Program-made: the position numbers and the translations under genes | Part shown: positions 1 to 8,127 of the stretch, one piece after another | Layout of the letters: every line of letters starts with the position of its first letter | Numbering within the stretch: the first letter of the stretch is position 1 | The notes under the pieces: generated by a model | Told to the model about the DNA's origin: nothing | Database searches by the model: none | Seen by the model: the letters and a program-made list of their open reading frames with translations, nothing else | Assembly: GCA_964384945.1 (NCBI GenBank) | Contig: CAYLMK010000004.1 | Location: forward strand, 1-64,000 | Direction of reading: 5' to 3' | Length of the DNA stretch: 64,000 nt | From: an uncultured Thermodesulfobacteriota bacterium | GTDB lineage: Bacteria > Desulfobacterota > DSWW01

Positions 1-126
1 CCGTCTCGTGATGAACCGACCCTGAAGCCGCATGTTGACATGGTACGTCCAGAAGGTGTCCGCGGCCCTGACCTTCTCACGGATGAAAGCCACTGGGTCT
101 GCGGGTAATCTGGGATCAGAAGTCAT
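1..126 (-). CDS. Hypothetical protein, N-terminal part (gene continues beyond window start)
   Basis: Reverse-strand ATG at 124-126 opens a frame that runs off the window edge. Co-directional with the downstream HD-domain gene. Confidence 0.3.
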   Translation of the reverse strand, partial: MTSDPRLPADPVAFIREKVRAADTFWTYHVNMRLQGRFITRR

Positions 127-212
127 TGTCTCTCCACTTCATTGTTCTTGTGCATCCAACGTTTGAAATCACCGGCGGCCGCAGGCCGTCGGGTGGATTG
201 AATTGTTATGCG

Positions 213-752
213 CTACCACTTCATGAAGGGCGGCGGGCTGAACGGATGCTTTGCAAACCACTCGCGCGCGCCTTTCATGAGAAAGCGGTGAAATCCATTA
301 TTTGGGATGGCCTTCCTGACCTCGCGCACATAGGCGGGAGGAATGCCGCACTTAAATAAGCCAAGAGAAAAATCAACCAAGTCGCCCTTTCTGAACCGCT
401 CCACCAGCGGATAGCGGTCTGTCTTGTATGTGCGAACCTTGTGGTGCATCTCGATCATCAGACCAATTTCCTCGCACCATTCCTGTCGCCCGGTTTCGCA
501 TAGGTACTTCTTTACTTCGGACACCGAAGGCGGGATGTAGTCCACGGCATGAGCCGACCAAAGACCTATATCGTGAAAGCAAGCGGCAATTGCCAACTTG
601 GTCTTTTCTTCTTCGGTGCAGGAACCGAGTGCCAAACAGAAATTGAACATTCGATAGACGTGTCCCCTATAACCCGGGTAGTCATCCCCGATTCGGTCTT
701 TCCATGTAGCGAGAATCTCTTCTATGAGATCGTTCTTTGTCTCGATGTTCAT
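213..752 (-). CDS. HD-domain metal-dependent phosphohydrolase
   Basis: The ORF 213..779 carries the ...AIAACFHDIGLW... HD motif. The internal ATG at 752 is preceded by GAGGA, so the start is likely MNIETK. Confidence 0.6.
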   Translation of the reverse strand: MNIETKNDLIEEILATWKDRIGDDYPGYRGHVYRMFNFCLALGSCTEEEKTKLAIAACFHDIGLWSAHAVDYIPPSVSEVKKYLCETGRQEWCEEIGLMIEMHHKVRTYKTDRYPLVERFRKGDLVDFSLGLFKCGIPPAYVREVRKAIPNNGFHRFLMKGAREWFAKHPFSPPPFMKW

Positions 753-915
753 GCACGATCCTCTGGCGCATAACGCCAAGGGTAACCTGCGGCGGCAATT
801 GAACTTGACGAAACGCCGGATGCTCTCCGCCGTCAGGTTGACCCAATTGTTAGAAGCTTTTTGGTTCTTTTATTCCTTTTATTTCGTTCACCACCTGGCG
901 AACATCTGCGAGACA

Positions 916-1074
916 TCACCTGCCCTTTGGATTTGTTGATTCACAGTTGCAATTGCCATCTTTCTTTTCATTCATGATACGGTCCATGATTGTGGACCTG
1001 CCATTCACTTGAATGTCTTTTCGTATATCTTCCGATGTGTAGTTGAAGCAGTAACAGATTTTTTCTTGATCCAT
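916..1074 (-). CDS. Small BFD-like [2Fe-2S]-binding domain protein (52 aa)
   Basis: Hand translation of the minus strand gives MDQEKICYCFNYTSEDIRKDIQVNGRSTIMDRIMNEKKDGNCNCESTNPKGR. The C-x-C...C-x-C spacing matches bacterioferritin-associated-ferredoxin-like domains. A GAGGAA RBS sits 6 nt upstream. The gene lies in a ~40% GC island and is absent from the ORF track, which has a size cutoff. Confidence 0.5.
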   Translation of the reverse strand: MDQEKICYCFNYTSEDIRKDIQVNGRSTIMDRIMNEKKDGNCNCESTNPKGR

Positions 1075-1195
1075 TTTTGTTTCCTCATTGTGTGTTTAAA
1101 GTTTTCTCAAATGCTTTTACAACCATTTTTCATTTTATAACAAGAATTTGACAGAACTGTTTATCTCCTATGAACGCCGCAAGCTCGTCAAAGTA

Positions 1196-2995
1196 TCACT
1201 CTGAGACCCTCGAATGGGGATCCGTGAACCTCTCGGCCCAGGGCTCGAGGTACTCTTCGACCTCGGATAGGAGGGGCTCCGGGACCTCTGCGGCCATGGC
1301 CTCGAGCACCCCCTCCACGGTCAGTTCGACCGAGGACATCCGAATGTCCAGGGCCTGGTTCTCATCCACATCGAAGAGGATGCTCTTGGGGCCGCCCGTC
1401 TCGTTCGACCAGGGCTGCCACTCGGGAAGCCCCGAGCCCGGAGGATTCGGATCGCCCGTGCGGGCGAACTGCGCCGCGTAGGCCATCATGGCATCGGACA
1501 GGGCCTCCCGGCCCGGGCGGTTCTGCTCGGTAAAGAGCAGGGCCTGCAGCGCGCCGAAGAAGACGTCGTTGCCGAAGAAGAAAGGAATCTCCAGGCCGTG
1601 GAAGGCGCCCAGCCGGAATCCCCAGGGGTCGGGAAGCTCACTCTCGCCGTTCTCGTCCAGGCTGCCCCAGAGGAATTGATACGTGTAGACGGACGGCTGC
1701 GCCGCATGGGATCGCAGCAGCCGGGCCGGCTGGTCCACGCCCGTGGCCTTCCAGACGTCGCTTCCGTAAGAGGTGACGACCGCATAGAGATCGTCCCTCC
1801 CGGCCAGGGCCGGGTCCGCGAACATGAAGAGCTTGAGTTCGTCCTTATTGCTGCCCAGGATAGTGGGCACCTTGTTCGGATAGGTGCCGGACTCGAGCGT
1901 CTCGCAGCCCGTGTCGGGCAGGACCGTGCCGTCTTCGAACACGTTCGGCAGCGTGATCATGCCGCCGAACCAAGGCTCGTACGCCAGAAGGATCTCGCGC
2001 GGGCTCTTGGCCCTCAGGTAGGCCTCTATCTCGGCGGCGCTCATGCCTGCAAGGCGCCCCTCGGCCGCCTCCGTATCGGCCGCGGTCCCGTCGTTGACGA
2101 GAAGTTTGAGGATCGCGTTCCGGGCGCTCTCTTCCCCCTCTTCCACGGTGCTCGAAAGCGGCCCGCCGCTCTCCGCCATGGCCCTGTGGAAGAGGCCCTC
2201 GGCCAGCGGAGAGACGAGAAGGGAGAAAACGTTCATGGCCCCGGCCGACTCGCCCGCGATCATCACCCGTCCCGGGTCGCCGCCGAAGGCCTCGATGTTG
2301 TCACGCACCCACTCGAGGGCCTTGACGAGATCCAGGGTTCCGTAGTTGCCCGAATCGTCCCCTTCGCTGCCCGGCACCCCCTGCCGGAGGGCGGGATGTG
2401 TGAACCACCCAAACGGCCCGAGCCGGTAGTTCACCGTCACGACCACCAGGTTGGACCGGCTGGCGAGGTTTGCGCCGTTGTAGTCCTCGGTGCATGCGGT
2501 CCCCATGCTGTTGCCGCCGCCGTGTATCCAGAAGTACACGGGCAGGCCGGCCTCCGGCGTGCGGGGGCGCCAGATGTTCAGGTACAGGCAATCCTCGCTT
2601 CCGTACGTTCGGTTTCCGATCAGGAAATACTGGGCGCAGGGCTCGCAGAAGCTGCTCGTCTTCCGGACCCCGTCCCATGGCTCCGGGTCCCGGGGCGCCT
2701 TCCATCGAAGCGGTCCGACCGGCGGCCTGGCAAACGGGATCGCCTTCCAGACCCAGGTGTCCGCGTTTCCCTCCACGGCCTCCACGGCCCCTGACCGGGT
2801 CCGGGTCCTGGGATCCCCAGTCCAGGCCGGGGAATTCGAGGCCGTGGCCCCCTCGTCGTCACCGCACCCGTGCGCAAATAGGCCGGCGAGAAGGGCAAAC
2901 GAGAGAATGGAAATGGAGAGGCCGCAAATTCCCTTTCTGCCGTCCTCGCGGGGCCGGGAACGGTCCGAGCCATGACTCGAGATGCCGAACAGCAT
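1196..2995 (-). CDS. Type-B carboxylesterase/lipase, probable lipoprotein
   Basis: The GESAGA nucleophile elbow, the HGGG oxyanion-hole motif (YFWIHGGGNSMG) and ~600 aa match the carboxylesterase type B family. The likely start is MLFGISSHG... with a lipobox-like LFAHGC. The upstream 76 aa of the ORF is probably spurious. Confidence 0.8.
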   Translation of the reverse strand: MLFGISSHGSDRSRPREDGRKGICGLSISILSFALLAGLFAHGCGDDEGATASNSPAWTGDPRTRTRSGAVEAVEGNADTWVWKAIPFARPPVGPLRWKAPRDPEPWDGVRKTSSFCEPCAQYFLIGNRTYGSEDCLYLNIWRPRTPEAGLPVYFWIHGGGNSMGTACTEDYNGANLASRSNLVVVTVNYRLGPFGWFTHPALRQGVPGSEGDDSGNYGTLDLVKALEWVRDNIEAFGGDPGRVMIAGESAGAMNVFSLLVSPLAEGLFHRAMAESGGPLSSTVEEGEESARNAILKLLVNDGTAADTEAAEGRLAGMSAAEIEAYLRAKSPREILLAYEPWFGGMITLPNVFEDGTVLPDTGCETLESGTYPNKVPTILGSNKDELKLFMFADPALAGRDDLYAVVTSYGSDVWKATGVDQPARLLRSHAAQPSVYTYQFLWGSLDENGESELPDPWGFRLGAFHGLEIPFFFGNDVFFGALQALLFTEQNRPGREALSDAMMAYAAQFARTGDPNPPGSGLPEWQPWSNETGGPKSILFDVDENQALDIRMSSVELTVEGVLEAMAAEVPEPLLSEVEEYLEPWAERFTDPHSRVSE

Positions 2996-3075
2996 GCGAA
3001 TCTCCTCCGTAATGGCTGCCGAAAACGATTCGAAGACCCCGCGGCGTCCGTGGACACCGCAGATCCTTTTCGACG

Positions 3076-3834
3076 CTATTTGAAAACCTCCACCCTGTGA
3101 AAGGCCTCGGCCAGCTCGAAGCCCTCCTGTCCGGCAAAGGCCTTGCACAGGGGCCTGAGCCAGCCCTCCAAGTCTGTGGAACCGACCGCACGGGCAATCT
3201 GTTCCATCTGGGTCCCGTGGCACCGAAGTGCGGCAACCTTGAGGTCAAAGGTTGCCGTGATGTCCGAGCGGTAGTTGACGTCATCGGAGCCCCAGAAAAG
3301 GAGCTCCTGCACCTTGTGAGGGGCCAGGCCCTGCTTGAGCAGGTCGGGGTAGGAAAGAGGGTCTCGCGCAAAGGGATAAACCGCGTCCAGGACAACCTGC
3401 CCAGTAATGCGATGATCGCGGTGGGAGATGTAGCGGCGATAGGGATCCGAGGTGGCAACCGTCCGGGGCCGGTAGGCCCGGATCACCCGCACAATCTCTT
3501 TGCGGAAGGCCGGCGTGTCTTCCAGGCTCTGGTCCGGGTGCCGAAGGAAGACGACCTCGCGGACTCCCAGCACCGCGGCCGCCTCCCTCTGCTCGGTCTC
3601 CCGGATTTCCGCAAGGCGCTCGGGCGCCATGTCGGGGTCGGACGTTCCCTTGTCTCCGTTCGTGCAAATGACGTAGACGACCTTCTTTCCCTGCCCTGTC
3701 CATGCCGCCACGGTGCCGCCGGCGCCGAATTCCGCGTCATCCGGATGGGCGGCGATCACCAGTACGTCCGCCAGTATACTCACGTTGCGAAGCCCCGCCT
3801 CTTGTACAGGTTCTATTTCCACACTGTCAGCCAA
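3076..3834 (-). CDS. PIG-L/LmbE family N-acetylglucosaminyl deacetylase
   Basis: The N-terminal AHPDDAEFGAGG motif and a later HxDH motif are typical of MshB/BshB/LmbE-like zinc deacetylases. Confidence 0.8.
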   Translation of the reverse strand: MADSVEIEPVQEAGLRNVSILADVLVIAAHPDDAEFGAGGTVAAWTGQGKKVVYVICTNGDKGTSDPDMAPERLAEIRETEQREAAAVLGVREVVFLRHPDQSLEDTPAFRKEIVRVIRAYRPRTVATSDPYRRYISHRDHRITGQVVLDAVYPFARDPLSYPDLLKQGLAPHKVQELLFWGSDDVNYRSDITATFDLKVAALRCHGTQMEQIARAVGSTDLEGWLRPLCKAFAGQEGFELAEAFHRVEVFK

Positions 3835-4813
3835 CGAACACCCGGCACCTGTAGAGCGGGACCGGGCTGCCCCCCAGCCGCCGCTTGTATGCCTCGGCGC
3901 CTTTCAGAAAATCGAATTTCTTCTTCCCCTCCCGGATCGCCTCCCGGATGCTGAGCACCTTGCTGAGGAAGCCCACGCTGAGGGAACCAAAACGGGGGTC
4001 GTAGCCGTTGTTGTAAAGGTAAACCGTGGAACGGTCCTGAAAACACAGTACCGCAGCGGCGGACTCGCCATCAAGCTCGAGAATCGAAAGCCTGAGCAGG
4101 CCGGCCCGGGCCGTCTCCTCGGCCAGGGACCGGAAGAAGCAAGCCCGCCGGCTCGTCAGGAAGGCGGCTTTGTCCGGCCGGCTGGCTTTGAAGAGCTGCA
4201 GAAAGGTATCCATCGCCGGGCCGGTCTGCGCCGGGTCGCCCGCCGTACGGAACTGGATCCGTCCCGCCTCCTGAAGTCTCTTGAGCTTCCGCCGGATCTC
4301 GTGCCGCTCCGCCCCCTTGAGAAGCCGCAGGTATTCCTCCCAGGTGGCCGGCAGCGCAAGCTCGTAGGAGACATCCTCACGCTTGAGGAGGGCCTCGCAG
4401 CCCATCTTCTTCGCCTCGGGGAGAAGCCCGCCCATCACCGCCGAGTCCGGCCGTACCGGCCCCAGTTCCAGGAGCCGGATCCCCTGCCGCCTCAACTCCT
4501 CGATCAGGGCTTGGAAAAACTCCGGGCCTCTTCCCGGGGCCGTGACGAAATCCAGGTAATCGCACACGTCCGGCGCGCCGACGAACGAGGCCTCCGCCTC
4601 CCGGACCCGCAGGGGCGCAATCCCGATCAGGTCCTGTCCCTTTTCGACCGAAAGGAGCAGGAGCGCACCGGATTCTCCGAAGGCGTTCCACCACGCCCGC
4701 AACCAGGAGGGGTGCACAAAGGGACAATTCCATGCAAGGCGGCTCCCGCCGCCCGTCCATCGTGAAGACAGGCTCTCGAACGTCTCCCGCCTCACCCTGC
4801 AGCCCTCTTCCAT
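3827..4813 (-). CDS. FemAB/CelD-like GNAT acyltransferase (Acetyltransf_6 / BioF2-like family)
   Basis: The C-terminal ...FDFLKGAEAYKRRLG... region is characteristic of the CelD/FemAB-like GNAT family. It overlaps the deacetylase gene by 8 nt, which suggests an operon. Confidence 0.65.
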   Translation of the reverse strand: MEEGCRVRRETFESLSSRWTGGGSRLAWNCPFVHPSWLRAWWNAFGESGALLLLSVEKGQDLIGIAPLRVREAEASFVGAPDVCDYLDFVTAPGRGPEFFQALIEELRRQGIRLLELGPVRPDSAVMGGLLPEAKKMGCEALLKREDVSYELALPATWEEYLRLLKGAERHEIRRKLKRLQEAGRIQFRTAGDPAQTGPAMDTFLQLFKASRPDKAAFLTSRRACFFRSLAEETARAGLLRLSILELDGESAAAVLCFQDRSTVYLYNNGYDPRFGSLSVGFLSKVLSIREAIREGKKKFDFLKGAEAYKRRLGGSPVPLYRCRVFVG

Positions 4814-4832
4814 ATCGGCTCATCTTCGAAAT

Positions 4833-5140
4833 TCAAAGGGAAACGGTTCGTCCCGTGCGGGCCGCCTCTGCCAGCCCGTCCAGCACCCTCATGTTGCGCA
4901 CGCTTTCCTCGGGAGAGATCAGGGGGGCGGTCCGGCCCAGAACGGCATCGGAGAAATGTTCCACCATGAGCCGATACTCGTCCGCACCCGGCACCCGGTG
5001 CTCCTCGCCCGCATCCTGGTCCCTCCTCCGCAAGGTGAAGGTCGTGTCCTTTTCCCACGGCACAAAGGCGTCCTGAGGCAGGTCGACAGCTCCGTCGGAA
5101 CCGATATATCAGGGCCTCCATCAGAAGGGCCAGCGGAGTT
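4833..5140 (-). pseudogene. Remnant of a Gfo/Idh/MocA-family oxidoreductase (C-terminal ~100 aa only)
   Basis: The 76-aa ORF 4833..5063 reads ...EEHRVPGADEYRLMVEHFSDAVLGRTAPLISPEESVRNMRVLDGLAEAARTGRTVSL, which is the conserved C-terminal dimerization region of Gfo/Idh/MocA enzymes. The ~250 aa of N-terminal Rossmann domain that should lie upstream is occupied by the next gene. Confidence 0.5.
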
Positions 5141-5147
5141 TGGACCA

Positions 5148-6419
5148 TCATGCTTCGGCACTCCCCCCGCCTTTCATGTGCCATCGAGGGCCGCAAGAGG
5201 TGTCCTCGACGACCACGCCCCCTCGCAGGAGTGCGTCACGGATCGCGTCCGCCTCCTGCCATTGCCGGGCCTGCCGGAACCTCTCCCGGAGAGCAAGCAA
5301 CTCCTCGACCAGCGGCGCAACGAAACCGGAAGGGTCTGCCGCACGGGGCCAGAGCTTGACGCCGAGCGAGACGATCATTTCTCTGAGGATCTCCCTCGCC
5401 TGCGAGATGAACTCCCCGCTCTCGATATCCTGGTGCGCCTCCCAGATCGTCCGATCCAACTCGAGAAGGGCGTTGATCGCAGCTCCCGGCTCGTTCGACA
5501 CGAGACCCTTCTCAAAGGCGGCCTCGATTCGGTGAACCTCGTCCCAGAAGGGTTCTTCCCTCGTGCCCGTCGAGACCCGATCGGTCTCGGCAACCGGCGC
5601 CTCCCGCCTCCATCCCGTCCAGAGATCCCCTCCACGCAGGGCATCCAGGGGAACAGGCCGTCCCCCTTCGAAGGACTTCTCGCCTCGGCGGCTGCGCAGG
5701 GTCACCCGGCCGATCCCCTTGATGACCGCCTCCTCCCTTTCGAGGTCGACCAGGCAGGCCGTGTGTTCGTCGAGGCCCAGCACGGAGACATCCTCGGGGA
5801 GGAGAGACTCCAATTCCCGGAACCGCGGCTCTCCCATGTAACAGAAACGGGTGTCGTGGGTTCCTCCTTCGGCGTTGTTCCAGTGAGGGATCACCACGAG
5901 ATTCAAACCGAACCGGCCCAGGAGATCCATCCCCTCCAGCCAGTGAACCGCCTCGCCTACCTTGTAGATCTCATAGACCGGCAGGGTGAAACGACCCACG
6001 GTCAGGGCGGCGGCGCTCGCAGCCACCAGACACCCGCCCTGTTCCACCCTGTTCGCCAGAATCTCCGGAATCGGCGTTTCACGCCACTGACGGACCGCAT
6101 AACTGGGGCTGCCGGGCCCGATGAGTACATAGTCGGCCTGGCGGAGGCAGTGGAAGGCCTGCTCCGCCTCGAACGGGGTCGCCTTCTCGTGAGACTTGAA
6201 GGAAGCGACGGAGATGGGATGTCGCACGTGGTTTCGGAAATACTCGGCGGCCCTCTGCGAGAGATGCTCCACATTGAGCTGGAAGCCGGCCGGCGTATCC
6301 AGGAAGACGGCTCGGGGGGCGTCTCCGATGCCGGCAAGCAAGTCCTTGTGGACCTCGACCATGGTGGCGGTCAGCTCACCCGAGCCCATCAGGGCGATGA
6401 CGCCCTTCTTCGTTGACAT
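5148..6419 (-). CDS. Fusion protein: N-terminal peptidase S51 (dipeptidase E/cyanophycinase-like) domain + C-terminal cysteinyl-tRNA synthetase-like helical domain
   Basis: The start at MSTKKGVIALMGSGE (ATG 6417-6419) fits PepE-like architecture, with ...ADYVLIGPGSPS... and ...LVAASAAALT... at the nucleophile position. The C-terminal ~100 aa (...ADAIRDALLRGGVVVEDTSCGPRW) closely resembles the extreme C-terminus of bacterial CysRS. No HIGH or KMSKS motif is present, so it is not a synthetase. Confidence 0.55.
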   Translation of the reverse strand: MSTKKGVIALMGSGELTATMVEVHKDLLAGIGDAPRAVFLDTPAGFQLNVEHLSQRAAEYFRNHVRHPISVASFKSHEKATPFEAEQAFHCLRQADYVLIGPGSPSYAVRQWRETPIPEILANRVEQGGCLVAASAAALTVGRFTLPVYEIYKVGEAVHWLEGMDLLGRFGLNLVVIPHWNNAEGGTHDTRFCYMGEPRFRELESLLPEDVSVLGLDEHTACLVDLEREEAVIKGIGRVTLRSRRGEKSFEGGRPVPLDALRGGDLWTGWRREAPVAETDRVSTGTREEPFWDEVHRIEAAFEKGLVSNEPGAAINALLELDRTIWEAHQDIESGEFISQAREILREMIVSLGVKLWPRAADPSGFVAPLVEELLALRERFRQARQWQEADAIRDALLRGGVVVEDTSCGPRWHMKGGGSAEA

Positions 6420-6525
6420 GGGCCTCCCCGACGTCCCGACCGGGCCGGCCGCGGCCCCACAAAGGGCGTGAGCGGGGTGCCCGGCCCTTCTGAGGAGGCT
6501 ACCACAGCCCATTTCGCCTTGCCAA

Positions 6526-6583
6526 CTGCCGTGGCTGAGCCGCCGGCGAAGCGGCGAGCTTGCTCGCCGTGACGGCCGTCGGA
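6526..6583. repeat. Copy A of a ~58-nt conserved intergenic element (copy B at 11803..11860)
   Basis: CTGCCGTGGCTGAGCCGCCGGCGAAGCGGCGAGCTTGCTCGCCGTGACGGCCGTCGGA differs from the copy at 11803-11860 at 6 of 58 positions. It contains the internal hairpins cgccg/cggcg and gacgg/ccgtc. Confidence 0.55.
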
Positions 6584-6672
6584 CGCTCTCGCAGGCAATA
6601 CGCTCCGATTCCTGCCCCCTGTCGGGGCTCAGGGCGATCATGACGGCGGGCGGAGAACCGAGCCGGGCTCCC

Positions 6673-8007
6673 CTACTTCTTTTTGAAGGCCGTCTTGGGG
6701 AAAAAGCAGACCGGGCACTCCTCGGGCGGCTCTTCCCCGTAGTGAACGTAACCGCACATCCGGCACCGCCAGACGGACCTTCCCTTTTCCTTTCCGGATT
6801 CCAGCTCTTCGGGGTCCATCTCCCGTTGGATCGGAAGATCCTCCAGCGGGGGCATCACCGGTTCGTAGGCGCCCAGGGCAAAGCCTGAGATGATGATTCG
6901 CTGAATCTCGCTGGTCCCCTCGTAGATCTTGAAGAGGCGGCTGTCGCGCAGGAGCTTTTCGACCGGAAACATCTTCGTGTACCCGTAGCCCGCGAAGATT
7001 TGCAGGGCCTCGCTCAAGATCGACTCGGCCGCCTCGGTGGAGTACATCTTGGCCATGGACGCGGTCAGGGTCGGGTCCATGCCCCGGTCCGCCTCCCACG
7101 CCGCCTTCCAGACCAGCAGGCGGGCCGTCTCCACCTTCTGGTACATCTCGGCCAGCTTGAACTGAATGGCCTGGAAGTTGGCGATGGGCTGCCCGAAGGC
7201 ACGTCTCTTCTTCGCGTAATCGATGGCGAACTCCATGGCCGACCGGGATGCGCCGACCGCAAAGGCGCCGATGGCCGGACGGGTACGGCCGAAGGTCTTC
7301 ATGGCAAGCACGAAGCCCTCTCCGGGCGGCGCGAGCACGTTCTCCTTGGGCACCTTCACGTTCTTGAAGTTCAGAGACCCCGTGTTGGATGCCCGTTGGC
7401 CGAGCTTCTGGATGGTCGCGCCCGTCGAGACGCCCTCCCAGCCCCGCTCCACCAGAAAAGCGCAGATTCCCTTGTGCTTGGATTCCGGGTCCACGGTGGC
7501 GAAAACGGACATGTAGTCGGAGATGCCCGCGTTCGTGATCCAGAACTTGGTGCCGTCGAGCACCCAGTGGTCGCCCTCCTCCCTGGCCCGGCACCGGATA
7601 CCGGAGACGTCCGAGCCCATGGTGGGCTCGGAGGTGGCAAAGCAGATGAGCTTGAATTCCTTTGCGATTTTGGGGAGGTACTTTTCCTTCAGGGGCTCGT
7701 TCGAACAGAGAATGAGCGGCTCCATTCCCAGGGAGTTGTCGAAGATCGAGGTCGCCAGCCCCGGACAGGCCGCGGCAAGCTCCTCGGTAACGATGACGCC
7801 GTCGAGCAGCCCGTAGCCCGCCCCCCCGTACCGCACCGGGATGTCCCCGTTCATGATGCCCGCGTCGAAGGCCTTCCGGAGCACGTGCATCGGGGTTTCG
7901 TGCTTTTCGTCGTAGTGCCAGGCGACCGGGAGGATCTCTTTCCGTGCGAATTCGCGGGCCTTTTCCTGCAGCTTCCGTTGCTCGGGAGTGAGGGTGAAAT
8001 CGAGCAT
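6673..8007 (-). CDS. Acyl-CoA dehydrogenase with C-terminal rubredoxin-like domain
   Basis: Full ACAD fold signatures are present (N-terminal MLDFTLTPEQ..., FAD/CoA motifs, catalytic E in YEGTSEIQRIII). Terminal CRMCGY...CPVC is a rubredoxin-type 4-Cys knuckle. The start is taken at the MLDF Met. Confidence 0.85.
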   Translation of the reverse strand: MLDFTLTPEQRKLQEKAREFARKEILPVAWHYDEKHETPMHVLRKAFDAGIMNGDIPVRYGGAGYGLLDGVIVTEELAAACPGLATSIFDNSLGMEPLILCSNEPLKEKYLPKIAKEFKLICFATSEPTMGSDVSGIRCRAREEGDHWVLDGTKFWITNAGISDYMSVFATVDPESKHKGICAFLVERGWEGVSTGATIQKLGQRASNTGSLNFKNVKVPKENVLAPPGEGFVLAMKTFGRTRPAIGAFAVGASRSAMEFAIDYAKKRRAFGQPIANFQAIQFKLAEMYQKVETARLLVWKAAWEADRGMDPTLTASMAKMYSTEAAESILSEALQIFAGYGYTKMFPVEKLLRDSRLFKIYEGTSEIQRIIISGFALGAYEPVMPPLEDLPIQREMDPEELESGKEKGRSVWRCRMCGYVHYGEEPPEECPVCFFPKTAFKKK

Positions 8008-8066
8008 GGGGGACTCCCTGCTTCTCGGGTTGCCTTCGTCCTTCTCCTCCGATGCCGCCATGCGAA

Positions 8067-8093
8067 CTTGCTCCCCGTAACCAGGGGGAGCAA
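8067..8093 (-). terminator. Perfect 10-bp GC-rich stem-loop between the encapsulin stop and the ACAD start
   Basis: CTTGCTCCCC-gtaacca-GGGGAGCAAG. No clear U-tract follows, so it may be a processing or attenuation hairpin rather than an intrinsic terminator. Confidence 0.35.
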
Positions 8094-8127
8094 GGAATCG
8101 GGCTTCCGTCGGTGAGAAAGGAGGACT

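Noticed and set aside
2996-3223. 76-codon N-terminal extension of the carboxylesterase ORF
   Set aside because: The signal-peptide or lipobox region starts at the internal MLFGISS Met. The upstream part is Arg/Gly-rich with no hydrophobic leader.
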